In this document: positions 49,116 to 62,694 of the stretch, in pieces | How the letters are laid out: every line of letters begins with the position of its first letter | Position numbering within the stretch: position 1 is the stretch's first letter | Origin: Octopus bimaculoides | Taxonomy: Eukaryota | Direction: 5' to 3' | Length of the DNA: 64,000 bases | Assembly (NCBI RefSeq): GCF_001194135.2 | Contig: NC_068999.1 | Location: 4,168,644-4,232,643, forward strand | Translations under genes and position numbers: made by a program | Notes under the pieces: generated by a model | The model's input: only the letters and a program-made list of their open reading frames with translations | Databases searched by the model: none | Told to the model about the DNA's origin: nothing

Positions 49116-50904
49116 CAAGAGACTAATAAAAATATTTGGCATATATGCATATCCACCACTCTCAACACAGACCCCACCCACACACCCAAACAAACACACC
49201 CACCCACCTCACCCCAAAACCCTCTTAACGTACACCCAGCAACACCAATATATGTCCCGGTGCAGTGTGCAGTAGTGTTGGAGACTTGCAAGTATGCACA
49301 GTTTAAAAATGCAAACTGCTTTATGCTGAAGCTGGCTACTAACACTCACTTTAAGCATAAACAATCTTGATTATTGCATCTCTGGTTGCAGCTACATGCA
49401 TCAATGTCTGTATCTATATATCTCTATCTACATCTGTATATTTATATCTACACACATGCACGCATGCATAAATATATATATATGTGTATGTATATATCCG
49501 TTCACAGCCTAACTGAATGCTATTGCTCTCTGCTCCGTTGTTCTGTGGTTGCTGCCTTTATTATAATACGGGGTTTTAATGGGACATTAACTACTCACAC
49601 GCACACAGGCAAACAGAAGTTTGCTTTGCAGTCCCACTGTACAGCACCCCAAGCAAGGGTTTTCAACCATAGCCTCAAGCTGACCAATGCCTTGTGAGTG
49701 AAATTAGAAGACAGAAACTGGGTGGAAGCCCATCACCATCACCATCGTTGTTTAACGTCCGTTTTCTATGCTGGCATGGGTTGGACGGTTTGACTGAGGA
49801 CTGGCAAGCCAAATGGCTGCACCAGGCTCCAGTCTGATCTGGCAGAGTTTCTACAGCTGGATGCCCTTCCTAATGCCAACCACTCCGAGAATGTAGTGGG
49901 TGCTTTTTACATGCCACTGGCACAGGAGCCAGTCAGGCCATCCTAGCATCAATCAGGTTTGGATAGTGTCTTTTAGGTGCCACTAGCATGGGAGCCAGCC
50001 AGGCGGGCTTGGCATCAACCATGTTTAGATGGTGCTTATGTGTATGGTGGTGGTGGTGATGGTGGAGGGAATGGATCTCTGTTGTTTGGCAATGAGGATT
50101 CAGTTGTTTGATCTCATCTGAATTAACAACCCTTGAATTAAATTGTATGTGGCTGAGGATTCCACAGACATATTCCTTTAATGTGTGTGTGTGTGTGTGT
50201 GTAACTGCCGGTCAAACAGAGGAAGACAGACAGAGGTTCGGTTCTTAAACAAGCTGTGTAAAATTGCAGGATAAAATAGCAGATTCTAGTGCTATACCAA
50301 TGTCTTGTCATTAAATCACTTTTTAGCAACACAGCCATTCCTACTGGACCAGGGATGACCTAGGGCTAAACAACAACACCGAATCTGAAAACTGTTAATT
50401 TCTCACCCCACCCCTCAATGTATTTTTTTTACCATTATCCCCACCCCGCCCCATCATCGAATCTATTCAACCCCCAACACATCAGGTGCCCCCGTTTTTA
50501 ACCATTTCCTTTTGTTTGGTCACTTGCACAAATGTCTACCAGTTGCCCAGAAACTGCAAGAATTAGGAATTGGTAAATCGACTCTTTTAGCATTCAGATT
50601 ATTCTGCCGAATGTAATGATTATTAATCGTGCATTATCTCATAGCTTCACAAATTTGATGCTGCGATTGTTTATATTGGGAATGACATTGTGGGATAGGT
50701 ATGAGAGGCTGGATCTGGCTGATTTGAACATAAAACTGGGGCCAGATATGGGGACCAGTTTCAAGCTTGGTTTTTTTTTCTTTGTATATCAGACGAATCT
50801 CCATTATCCAACATGTCAAATGTTAGATAAGGTGTTTTATACAATACATGGAATCGGTTTGGTGGAAAAAAACAGAATATGTCTCAGCAGAATTGCCAGT
50901 TTAC

Positions 50905-51042
50905 CTGAATTGTTGTTAGTTTTGTTGTTCTTGTTCCGACGAGGTGGCTGCCTGTAATAGTTCCCTTCCTCTGTCTTTCGACATTTCTTGTACCAAGATC
51001 TCTGCCGAATTCTTTCTTCAGAGTTTAGAGGAGGACTTGGTC
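50905..51042 (-). CDS. FNDC3: FNDC3 exon (GPSPPLNSEERIRQRSWYKKCRK...NNNS)
   Basis: ttttgcgtttcag acceptor, GTAAAC donor, 138 nt, phase 1 to 1. Confidence 0.85.
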
Positions 51043-52436
51043 CTGAAACGCAAAACAAACGACAATGAAAGCTCTGCAATTGGTAGTTTGTTCGTTGCTG
51101 TGATGTGGAACTAGGAAAACCAGGAACAACAAAAGACAAAAATCATCTGCAATCTATGAGAATGGGAGAGGAAAAGATCCTGTAACCCAGTGGTTAGAAT
51201 GCTGGGTTTACTACTCGCCTCAGTATTACAAAAACTCTTAATCAAACCATTGTATTAATCCTAATAGCTTAATTGTACTAAACTACTACAACACTAACCC
51301 TTCAGTGGACTAAAATACTGTGATATTATTACTAACAGTTTTGTATACGAGTTAGTCTAAACATCGAATGACATCAGTACAATAAAATAGGAATAATATT
51401 AAACAATATAAAGCAGTAACAACAAACAATATAACAGTAATAATAATAATAATAATAATAATAATGAACAATTCTGAAGCAATCTGGGAGAAATATTGAT
51501 GTCTTGGAGCATCCTTTCATTGTATAAAATAATATATCTATTTTCCACAATAGAGAAGGTTTAAAAATTGGAGAGATTTCCTACAGAATGGCAGACTGTT
51601 CTGCTTCCGGCAGCCATTGGCATTGGAAAGGAAGGATTCAGGTTGCAACGAGGAGAAACAAAAGAAGAAGCAGCCGGAGTCTTACAGTTTCCTGTTGTTA
51701 TTATGGACATGGGTGGATGTATGTGTGTGTGCCTGTGTACACATGTACACCACCCACATGTGTAGTTAAGTGCATATATATACATATATAAATCTTTGTT
51801 TGATAAACAGTCACACTGTATCATGTGTCACTGCAAATAATCATTAGAATGAAAGTTGTTTGACATCGGTGATGGTGGTGATGAGAATGGTGGTGGTGAC
51901 AATGATGATGATGATGGTGGCAGTGGTGGTGGTGGTAGTGGTGATGATGATAACGCTGATGATGATGGTGATGGTTGTGGTGACAGTAAATTCAACATGT
52001 TGTTGGTCAGCCCCAGGCCAATTCCTTTTAAAAGCGATCCAGCTCTGACCAGTCTGTCTTTTATTCAGGCACAATGTATCTAAGACTACAATATTCAAAA
52101 CACCTTTTCTTCCTTAAGAGAACAAGATGCAATTTCAGGTGGCTATTTCTAGCATGCAGGCTCCTTTGATGGTTTGAAGATGATGATGATGATGATGATG
52201 ACGACAATGACAAGGTTTTGGTCAAATGATTCAACAGAAGCAACACGATTAAACCGTGAGTCAAAATCATCCACTTGTCAGTTTAAATTCTGCTGTGGTC
52301 AGTTAACGGTCAACTGGTGTGGTCACTCACTCCACAGAGAACCGAGACAACACACTACACATGTACTGTGCTAAAATTTGAAACCAGTCATCATCATCAT
52401 CATCCTCATCATTTTTATTATTATTATTGTTATTAT

Positions 52437-52475
<39 letters not shown>

Positions 52476-52686
52476 GGCAATGAGTTGACAGAATCGGAAG
52501 AGCATCAAACAAAAACTGTGCTTAGTGTAGTTTCTTCCGGCTCTTTACATTCTGAGTTCACGTCCTGTCAAGGTCAACTTTGCCTTTCATCCTTTCGGGG
52601 TCAACAAAATGAAGTAGCAAACTGAGGTCAGTGTAATTGACTCGATCCCATCCCCAAATTTCAGGCTTTGAGCTTATAGCAAAAAG

Positions 52687-52819
52687 AATCATCATCATCA
52701 TCGTCATCATCATCGTCATCGTCATCATCATCGTCATCATCGTCATCATCATCGTCATCATCATCATCGTCATCGTCATCATCATCGTCATCATCATCAT
52801 CGTCATCGTCATCATCATC
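52687..52819. repeat. (CAT/CGT)n trinucleotide array running into gap
   Basis: Direct reading; explains poly-M/poly-I ORFs. Confidence 0.95.
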
Positions 52820-53621
52820 NNNNNNNNNNNNNNNNNNNNNNNNNNNNNNNNNNNNNNNNNNNNNNNNNNNNNNNNNNNNNNNNNNNNNNNNNNNNNNNNN
52901 NNNNNNNNNNNNNNNNNNNNNNNNNNNNNNNNNNNNNNNNNNNNNNNNNNNNNNNNNNNNNNNNNNNNNNNNNNNNNNNNNNNNNNNNNNNNNNNNNNNN
53001 NNNNNNNNNNNNNNNNNNNNNNNNNNNNNNNNNNNNNNNNNNNNNNNNNNNNNNNNNNNNNNNNNNNNNNNNNNNNNNNNNNNNNNNNNNNNNNNNNNNN
53101 NNNNNNNNNNNNNNNNNNNNNNNNNNNNNNNNNNNNNNNNNNNNNNNNNNNNNNNNNNNNNNNNNNNNNNNNNNNNNNNNNNNNAAGAACCGCTGGAAGG
53201 ATTCAGATGAAACTTTCAGGGATGTTTGGCCTCATAACTTGCACAAATTGATTACATTTTGGGATTGATCCGGAACCGGACAAGGATTCTGGATTATTTT
53301 TCTGGTTTTTTAACTTAATTTTTGAGGGGGGGGGGGGCAAACCCACAAATATATACCACAGGCTTCTTTCAGTTTCCATCAACCAAATCCACTCACAAGG
53401 CTTTAGTAGAAGACACTTGCCTAATGTGCCATGCAGTGGGACTGAACCCAGAACCATGTGGTTGGTAAGCAAGCCACTTACCACACAGCCACTCCTGCAC
53501 CTATTTATTATTATTATTATTCCTTCATTTTCACAATGGTGATGATGTTAACACTGGATCGTAAAAGATACTGAGAAAAAAGAAAAATGTAAAAAGAAAG
53601 AAAAAAAGTAACTCCACTGAC

Positions 53622-53829
53622 CTGTTGGAAGTACAGATGGTGTGAGATTGTTGCAGGAATGCGACGGGGGTGGCCCATGCATGTGAGGGCTGCTGGGGAC
53701 ACCTGGGTGCAAGTGTGCTGGTCCTGCATGGTGACCATGGTGATGAGGGGGGTTGTACTGTGGGTGGGGCTGTGTTTGGTAATGTGAGTTGAAGGGGCTG
53801 TAATACTGTGCAGCATTGTTTGGTCCACC
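53622..53829 (-). CDS. FNDC3: FNDC3 exon, Pro/His-rich N-terminal region (GGPNNAAQYYSPFNSHYQTQPHPQYNPPHHHGHH...VLPT)
   Basis: ttgcag acceptor, GTCAGT donor, 208 nt, phase 0 to 1; phase matches next exon. Confidence 0.85.
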
Positions 53830-54092
53830 CTGCAATGACAACAAGAAGAATTCATGAGTCAAACAACAACAACAACGACGAGAGCATCAAAATACATGCA
53901 AAGACATGGTGACCACCCTGGCTGAGACTCCAAACAGGAGATAAGAGTCTCATGAAGAGGCAGAGTTTGTCATGATTACTCAACCTCCTACAACAATTTT
54001 CAATGGACAAATCTGATCCAATGATCTGCATCACTGGTGATGAATGGGAGAGTCCACATTTGAAGGGATGACGGGTAGGTGATGTTCCTTCT

Positions 54093-54420
54093 TATTTCTT
54101 AAAATTTTTTATGCACCCTTTTTAAAGCCTAGCCAGGCTCATGGGCCCAGCTTCCCAGTTTCTATGGCATATGTGTCCCCCCCTCCCCAGCTGGACGGGA
54201 CGCCAGTCCGTCGCAGCGTTACTCAAGAAACAGGAAGAAAAAGTGAGAGAAAGTTGGGGCGAAAGAGTACAACAGGGGTCGCCACCACCCTCTGCCAGAA
54301 CCTCGTGGAGCTTTTGGTGTTTTCACTCAATAAACACACACAATGCCCAGACTGGGAATCGAAACCACGATCCTTCGACCAGAGTCCGCTGCCCTAACCA
54401 CTGGGCCATTGCGCCCCCAC
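54093..54420 (-). mobile_element. tRNA-derived SINE (family F) with V-domain-like body and 12-bp target site duplication
   Basis: Head TGGCCCAGTGGTTAGGG...GGTTTCGATTCC; body CTGCGACGGACTGGCGTCCCGTCCAG resembling the V-SINE domain (from memory); GATGTTCCTTCT at 54081-54092 and 54421-54432. Confidence 0.85.
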
Positions 54421-55949
54421 GATGTTCCTTCTAAAGAAGAGTTAAGCAAGTTCTTTCCCATGTTAATTCCAACCCAGCTTGATGCCTTATCGATAATTAT
54501 AATAACGGTCTCAAATTTTTGGCACAAGGCCAGCAAGTTTGGAGGCGGGGATAAGTTGATTATATCGACCCCCAAGTGCTCAACTGGGTCTCATTTTATT
54601 GACCCCGAAAGGACAAAAGGCAAAGCTGACCCCGGCAGCATTTGAACTCACAACATAAATTTTGAAAGAAACGCTGATAAGCATTTTGTCTGGCATGCTA
54701 ATGATTCTGTCATACTGTCTCCTGATATAGTGACCACCCTGGCTGAGATTACAAACAGGAAATAACGAGTCTCACGATGAGGTGGAGGTGGGCATGATTA
54801 CCCCCCCCCCCCTACAACGATCTTTAATGATAAGTCTGAACTAATGATCGGCATCAGTGGTGATGAATGGGAGAGTCTATATTTGAGAGGGGAGGGCAGG
54901 TAGGTGATATTCCTTCAAAGGAAGAGTTAAATAAGGTCTTTTCCATGTTAATTCCTGTACAACAGATCATCGTTAACATTGATGCTAATTAGCCAGCATC
55001 CTATCCCTGCTCAACAGAGAGCCATATCGTACAGTTATAATATGTTTTAGTGTGTGTGTGTGCGCATATATGTACAACTAGTGTGTTTCTGTATGTGCAA
55101 GTGAGTATAGACGCGTAGGATGATCAGTGGTGTGGTGTGTGCGTGCATATGTACATGTATGTATCTGTGTATGTAACTGCGTACAGATGTTTGGGAAGTT
55201 CTTTGTGTGTGTATATATATATACGTGTGTGTAATTAATATGTGAGTGAGTACAGATATGTAGGAGGCTCCATTTGTCTGTGTGTGTGTGTTTATATGGT
55301 TACATTCACACACACACACATCAAGTCTTTAATAACTGCTTATTATTATTATTATTATACAGATGCTGGCAGAATCGTTAGCACACCGGGCAAAATGCTT
55401 AACGATATTTCGTCCATCTTTGTGTTCTGGGTTCAAATTCCGCCACAGAAACCATGTAAAAACAGACGACTGGAACCTAATGCAACCTTTAGGTTTGCCT
55501 TTCCCTTTAGAACTATCCAACCCATGCCAGCATGGAAAACAGATATTAAATGATGATGATGATGTATCTACCGAAATTTCACACACACACACACATTAAA
55601 AATGTACGTATAAACAGTTGATTGGCTGAGTTGTGAGAAGGTCAGATTGATTTGTGGAAATGCTTTCTGGTTCTCTTGCTTTCAGTTCAATCAGAAAAAA
55701 TGGAATCGGTAACCAGCATATTCTATATTATTTCTGTCTGTCACAAGCACTAGGCATATGTTTTCATACCACACAAGATGAAATTCCAGATCCTAAGTTA
55801 GTAATCTAACTCATTCTTTCACAGATTTAGTCTAATGTGTTATTTACCAGCATTGAGCTTTTTAATCGAGTTTGTAGCTTTTTGTTCTGAGAAATAGGCA
55901 CACTTTCATGAACGAGTGTGCACGTGTATGTCTACATATATATCCATGT

Positions 55950-56187
55950 GTATATCACGTGATCATGTGACTGAGCAACATCATTGGCCGCAATGTGCTT
56001 TCGCATTGTCTTGGCCTTCGAATGACGCCACTCCACTGGCTGGGTGAGCAGGTCAAAAGGGGAACTGGAGCAACACAAAATGAAGTGCTTTGCTCAAGAA
56101 CACAATGCACCACCCGGCCTGGGAATTGAACCCATGGTTTGTCAATCGTGAGTGCAATAACCTAACCACTAGGCCACATGCTTTCAC
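55950..56187 (-). mobile_element. tRNA-derived SINE with CORE-like segment (family G)
   Basis: Minus head TGGCCTAGTGGTTAGG...GGTTCAATTCC followed by GTGTTCTTGAGCAAAGCACTT. Confidence 0.75.
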
Positions 56188-56739
56188 ACACGTGTGTGTG
56201 TGTGTGTGTGCATAATGGGCATAAAAACAACTTTATACACACACACACACACACTTGTGTTACTGTTTCTCTACAACTAAGAGAAATAATTTTTAAAATC
56301 CCGTGTCAAGTTTCGCAAAACAATCTGTGTGAATAGATGTATATGTATATATATGTATATATATGCGCATGTTTGTGTGAATTTCTCCTAGAGCCAATCT
56401 GAGGTTTAATTTACTAATCTGTGGATTAACTGTTCCTTGAGTGCTTCATCTTAACCTAGTCTTCAGCTTATTGGTGTATAAGTGTGTGTATTTATAAATA
56501 TGTATGTACATACAAACGTGTACATATATGAACACACACATACACACACTTATACTCAGTGTAAAGTTACAATGTGATATATTACATATATCATTTTAGT
56601 ATTAACTTTTGATATTTCAATTCCCATTATAATTTCAAATTCTGAAATCAATAGCAGTGACACTGTGGGTAGGGGTTGATTCAACCAATTATACACATTT
56701 CTGTACAAATTATAACCATTATCATATACACACAACAGA

Positions 56740-56917
56740 TTAGACTGTTGGAAAAGAAAAGAACCTTAACATCAGGCTACAAGTAACCTTAGATGACAAG
56801 ACCCCCACCGAAGTATCCCAGCTGTCCCTAATAACACTTTTCTGAAGCTGTACTAAACTGGGTTTTATGCCTATTTCCTCTATCCATCTGTTCAAATCTT
56901 TAGGGATAGTTAACACC
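56740..56917 (-). mobile_element. Short fragment of a related R4/Dong-like element
   Basis: IPKDLNRWIEEIGIKPSLVQLQKSV matches the same C-terminal motif; abuts the TAA array. Confidence 0.6.
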
Positions 56918-56941
56918 ATTATTATTATTATCATTATTATT

Positions 56942-57495
56942 GTTTCTTTTTATCACAGGTTTTGTTGGAGCTCCTGGAGTCTTGCATACGTAATGGGCTT
57001 GCTCCTTGCAGCCTACGGTACCATGCTATCCATTCTCTTCAGCTCTCTAATACTTTCCTGATTATTCTGGTTGTGCCAAACACGCGAACCTTTTGTAACA
57101 GTTCTACTGGGCACCCTATTCCAATTTCCTTTATATTCTCTTGATGCCTTCTGATACTGTCCCCAAGGACCCAACAATAATTGGCACTATCGTCACTTAC
57201 TTCATTTTCTGTAGCCGGGCTATTTTGTACTTAAGAGGGGTTGTATCTATTGATCTTTGCACCTTCCTTCTTGACTATTCGTGGGTCAAAGGGGCACACA
57301 GCATCAACTATACAGTGCTTGTGGTGCCCCTGCTCTGTTATGCTCTAGCACCTGATCTGTTTCGATAGGGAAACCCCAGAGGATTTTGCTAGTTTCTGCG
57401 GTTTGTCCTCATTCCACATCTTGCCCCTCTCTAGCCCCAACTTTTCACACAGTTTCCAATGTAGCGCTTTTGCTACTGGGTCACGTCACCGCAAC
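56942..57495 (-). mobile_element. R4/Dong-like non-LTR retrotransposon 3' end (restriction-like endonuclease region)
   Basis: Degenerate frame: RDPVAKALHWKLCEKLGLE, CIVDAVCPFDPRIVKKE, VTIVPIIVGSLGTV, LLQK..LLGT.RIIRKVLE-type C-terminus; 3' end joins a (TAA)n array at 56918-56941. Confidence 0.8.
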
Positions 57496-58779
57496 TTGTA
57501 GTGGTTTTCGTTATTACTAGTATTCCGCCGAGGTCGACAAATCAAGAACCAGTTGAATACTGGAGTTGATGTGATCAACTGTCCCCCTCACCACAACACC
57601 CAGGCCTTATTATTATTACAAAGTACCAGCTAAATACTGGATTCAATGCTATCAACTGCTCCCCTTAAAAATTGCTGGGTCCTTAAGATTCCCTATAAGG
57701 TTTTGTTGTTAAAATTTTTATGTGCATCAAATCGCTTATACATCCTCAATGCACAAAATATTTTCACAAATTTTTTTATAGAATTTCTAATAATATTTAA
57801 TTATAAAAATAGGGTTTTTTTAAACATTAAATTGGTATAAGGGTCCATCTGAATAAAAATAGGGATCAAAGGGGCCCATAGATAAAATACAATTGAGAAA
57901 CACTGTGATAGACCTTGTAAGGTGGTGCCCCAGCTTGGTCACAAATCAAATGACTGAAACAAGTAAAAGATACAAGTACATACAAACACACACACACACA
58001 CACACGCACCACCTCCCACCCCACCAGATCCTTACACCCAGTCCTTCTTCCCCCTCAAGTTCTAATGCCATCCCACCCCCCACCGTTTAAGTCAACATTG
58101 AACACAAAAAATATAAACCAGAAAAGAGAAAGAAAAGAAGAGGAAGGGATGTTTGGTAGGATGGATGATGATGATGATGCTGGTGGTGGTTGATGGTAAT
58201 GGTCTGTGAGGATGTGCTGAATGGTAATGGTTGTTGTTGTTGCTGTTGTTAATGGTGGTGGTAGTGGTTGGTGGTGGTAGTGGTTGGTGGTGGTGGTGAA
58301 ATTTCTGTGTTGCCTACAGAAACAGTGTCAGGTTGCCAGCCAAATTGTGAAGTAAGAATCGAATGACGAGGTGGAGGGGAGGGAGAGAGAGAAAGACAGA
58401 GAAGGAGAGGTAGAGAGGTGAGGGAGGGGAGAAAGTGCTGTCTTGCATAAAGATGTTGAATTAAAGTCTTCAGTTACTGTAGTTCTTAGAGAGGAAACAA
58501 TACACACAGGCACACACACACATGCACACACACACACACACAGAGGGTGGTGCTCCCACATGGTCTTAGTTATGATGGCTGACAAAACTAAAGACTACAT
58601 TATGTATATAAACACATTCCACATAACAGTTACATGGAGAGAGAGAAATATCACAGCAATTTCGGATCTGCTGTTTATGTATGGTGTGCGCGCACACACA
58701 CACACACACAGTGTTGCGTTGTGGTGTGGTTATATGCTGTGAGTTCCATTTTGTAAGGGTTACATGTTATGGAGTCCCA

Positions 58780-59490
58780 GCTTTAGATGTTTTTTTTTCA
58801 GATGTGATAAAAACCATTTGTGCAATGCTGGTGATTAGAATTCTCAACACTGGACAAATAAAGAGGCCCTCACGGTAAGGCTGAAGAGAATAGAATCCGA
58901 GAGTGGTTGGCAGCAATTCCAGCAAAAGCCCCAGCATACATTGACCAGGATTTTGTATTTGTCTTTCAGGGTGTACTCAGTTCTCATGTTTTGCTTGGAA
59001 AATGACAAGGAACAACAGAATTCTATGTGTGACTATACAAAGATTGAGTAAAGAAGAATGATGTCTAGATTTCTCAGACTTGAAGATTCTGGGAATCCAA
59101 GAACACATCCTGCAAGCCACATTAACTTTATTCTTGATGTGGATGTCCCAGCTTATATTATGGTTTACAATTTACTCTGAAGTCTCTTAACATCATTACT
59201 GGATACCATAAAAGATTCTATCAAATGGAGAGAATATTCTTAAGAACATCCTCTTTGACAAAATTTTTTCCTCGTTCAATTTCTTTTTCTCCCATTGACT
59301 ACCATCTTTATTTTCTTCCCAACCACTCCTGCCCACCACTACATAATGTGTGGTAGCCATGTATCTCCTGTTCAGCAAGATCCCTGTTTTTGTCCCTCTG
59401 TCATACTTTATGCCCTTCCAAGAACACCTTCAGAAATGCATCAATGAAAACAGACACCACATGATGGATGTTGTTCTCCACACTTGATTT
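58780..59490 (+). mobile_element. Highly decayed Tc1/mariner-superfamily transposase relic
   Basis: End frame FQEHLQKCINENRHHMMDVVLHT* resembles the typical ..RLQ.CI...GHHL..IIF.T* C-terminus; N-terminal TG..K R..(R)..EENRIRE remnant near 58850-58900; no intact ORF. Confidence 0.4.
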
Positions 59491-60606
59491 TGACAAATAC
59501 TAATTCAATACGAACACGTTGATGTCAATAAAATTAACGAGTAAAATTAATGACTTTGTGAATTTTTCAAAAACGTCCGTCCTCTCTGCCCCACCCTGTA
59601 CATGCAGAGGTATTCACATAAACAAGTTGTGTCTAATGTGTGTGAATAGACATGTAGATGTGCTTAAAAGAATGATACATACAGGAATTACATTCAAACA
59701 CTGAAGCATTTCCCACTACCTAGCAACCCCCTCTGTCTGTCTCTCATTCTCTCTGTATATAAGACACACACACACACACACACACATTCATCATTCCTAT
59801 ATGTGTGTGAATGAATATTTTGCTGCTATTATATGCTACCATCAAAGACACACACCATTCCTGTTCGACAAAAACATCTCAAGATGGATCACACTTGGAC
59901 AAATACACAGTATTTTCATTTCTAAGACCCACCTTTTCCTAAAGCAGCCCCAACAAAACCACTGCCCCATGCCTTTCCCCTTCTCTCTTCCCTACCAGGT
60001 TTCAATGTGGATCCCAGTATTGAGTCAACAACCGTGATTTAGGTTTTCAGGTTGCGTACACCAGAGGAACCTATTCTGAAGACTATTTCGGGAAAAGTGG
60101 ATACGGACATATGTGTGCGTATGTATGTATATAATATATGTATGCGTGCATGTGTGTGTATATCATAATATTGTCATCATAATTTTAACATCTACTTTTC
60201 TATGCTTTCATGAGTCAGACAGAAATATGCTGCAACAGAGTTTTCTCTGTGGATGGTCACCTTTCTTGCCACCACCGACTGCCACTTCTTTCCAAGTGAT
60301 GTGAATAATACCCCAGCTTGTTGAACCACAAACAGCTTGGACAGCCTTTCGCAGTGGACGGTAAACAAGGAAGACCGTTTGTGAAGCCACTGTTTACAAA
60401 TAGTGAGTGACCACATGTACAGACGATGGGAATTTTCATATACGCAACAAGCTCCTTTCAATTTTCTGTCAAAGAAATCCATTCAGAAGGTTTTGGAAGA
60501 CTCGGGGCTGTAGCGGGAAAGACTTGCCCAAGGTGCCACACAGTGGGACAGAACCTGGAACCATATGAAACAATTAATATATGTACATGCATGTATGTAC
60601 AAATAA

Positions 60607-60646
<40 letters not shown>

Positions 60647-61056
60647 TTCGTTCCTTTTATGTCTGTTTTCCCATGCTAGTATGAGTTGGACGACTACTTC
60701 TTAAGGCATTATTTTACAGCCGGATATGACCTTCCTGTCTTGGATCGAAGAAAAATAATGCAGCTTATTGTTAACATCTCATTCATTCATAAACACAACC
60801 GATGGCTCAAAGTCTGGCTGTTTGCACTAACACCACCACCACCACCACTCTATCTCAACCCAACCCCCTCTCTACCTAATACTTCATCAGAGTTACTTTT
60901 GAGATGTGTGGACACATGTTGTGTGACATGTGGCAGTATTGATGGAGTGCCGTGTGGTAGTGAAAGGCAGGTGACAAACCACTTTATCAATCTTCAAGTG
61001 GGGTGGGCATAGATGGAATCAGAAGATAGAATATTTTCCCCAGACTGTTTCTTAAG

Positions 61057-61145
61057 CAATGACATCCTTATGTAATGATGTCCTGGTGTAAAGGACATCC
61101 TTATGTAATGATGTCCCAGTGTAATGACATTCTGATGTAATGACG
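61057..61145. repeat. Short minisatellite with 33-bp period
   Basis: GACATCCTTATGTAATGATGTCC at 61061 and 61094, decayed further units. Confidence 0.75.
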
Positions 61146-61509
61146 TAAGGGTGTTCTGATGATGAGAAAGTCAGGAATGATGGAGAAAACTAATGGATTA
61201 ATTATAGCCAATAAGAAAAAGATGAAATTACAAACACACAAAGATGCATATATACGTATATACACACACATACATACACATATATATGCACAGACGTACA
61301 TATACACACATAAATGGAGATGAAGAAACAACGCAATAAAAATGGGAAGTTGGTATTTGAGAATGCAGCAGAGGATATCTGTGTCTATGAGTGTGGAATT
61401 CTGTGAGATGCATAGAGATTAAGATGGGTGTATATACATCATGTTGTATGTGTGTATAAAGACCACCATGGATAAGGAATAAGAATTATGAGAATAGAAT
61501 ATTTGATTT

Positions 61510-61960
61510 TGAGTCTATGGATTGGGTGTGGGTGGGTGTGGATTGTGTGTGTCAATATATGAATTGTGTGTGTGTCAATATATGAATTGTGTGTGTGTGA
61601 ATACATGGATTGTGTGTGTGTGTCAATGTATGGATTATGTATGTGTGGGCATATCAATACACGGATTGTGTGTGTGTACATGTGGGTATGTGTGTGTCAA
61701 TACATGGATTGTGTATCTGTGTAAGTGTGGATTGAGTGTGTGTGTGTGTGTATGTGTGGGTGTGTGTATGTGTGGATTATGAGTGTGTGTGTCAGTGTGT
61801 GGGATGTGAATGTGGGTATGTGTGTGTCAAAACATGGATGGTGTGTGTATGTGTGTACATGTGGATTGTGAGTGTGTGTGTGTGTCAACGTAGAGATTGT
61901 ATGTTTGCGTGGAACTAATATAGATTGTATGTGTCTATGTATGGATTAATGTGTGTGTGT
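61510..61960. repeat. Minisatellite of (TG)n plus TCAATACATGGATTG units
   Basis: More than ten variable-length units visible. Confidence 0.8.
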
Positions 61961-62138
61961 GTGTGTAAGTTATGTGTGCTTACATGTGTGTGTGTGTGTG
62001 TGTGTATCTGACATCTTGTTTGAGAATCTTTACCACTGGTTGAAATGAAGCAGACAAAACATTCCAGAAACCATCCACAGCAACAACAAGAGTGGCATCA
62101 ATACATATTAGGCTGAAGGAAATATATAGAAAAAAACT

Positions 62139-62173
<35 letters not shown>

Positions 62174-62196
62174 GGTGATGATGTTTATCATCATCA

Positions 62197-62231
<35 letters not shown>

Positions 62232-62694
62232 ACATCTTGTGTTGTTCTTTAATGTTTTGATTCATATTAGCCCTTGTAGCCAATAAAATAATTAATTAAT
62301 TAATTAATTAATTATTATTATTATTATGTAGGCTGTGAACTGGCAGAATTGAAATATTTAGTTGAACAAATCAAGCCCAGTATTTATTTTTTCAAACCTC
62401 ATACTTTTTTTATTGGTCTTTTTTGATGACCCACTAAGTGATGAGGACATAAACAAACCAACACCAGTTGTCAAACGGTAATGCTGGAATAAACACAAAC
62501 ACACATAGATAGATAGATACATACATACATACATACACTTATATATATATACACACATAATGGCTTCCATGCAGTTTCTGCATACCAAATCCATTCACAA
62601 AGTTTTTGTAAGCCCAGAGCCATGACAGAAGACCCTTGCACAAGGTTGGGAAGCCAGCTTCTTAAGTACAAAACCACACCTGCACCTTCTAAAC

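Larger units (their letters stand above)
10731..53829 (-). other. FNDC3: FNDC3-family gene span (fibronectin type III domain-containing protein 3A/B-like), 5'-incomplete in window
   Basis: 22 exons with canonical AG/GT boundaries, continuous reading frame, nine FN3 repeats and family-typical motifs (e.g. NKTKNSLLLKW, KGKIHAHHFKVTW, PPKLQGKPKA, SLPPEPPSLECV) recognised from knowledge of human FNDC3A; A vs B orthology cannot be resolved. Confidence 0.95.

Noticed and set aside
51844-52625. Poly-M/V/D/Y/S/T ORFs
   Set aside because: Translations of trinucleotide microsatellites; no splice context or homology.
58140-58315. Acceptor-like tttctgtag followed by His/Pro/Thr-rich frames, a possible further upstream FNDC3 exon
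   Set aside because: Low-complexity ACC/AAC runs, no convincing donor, and none of the expected FNDC3 N-terminal motifs; the true upstream exons probably lie beyond 64000.
61510-61960. CRISPR-like repeat-spacer appearance
   Set aside because: Spacers are (TG)n of variable length and not unique; ordinary minisatellite in a eukaryote, no cas genes.
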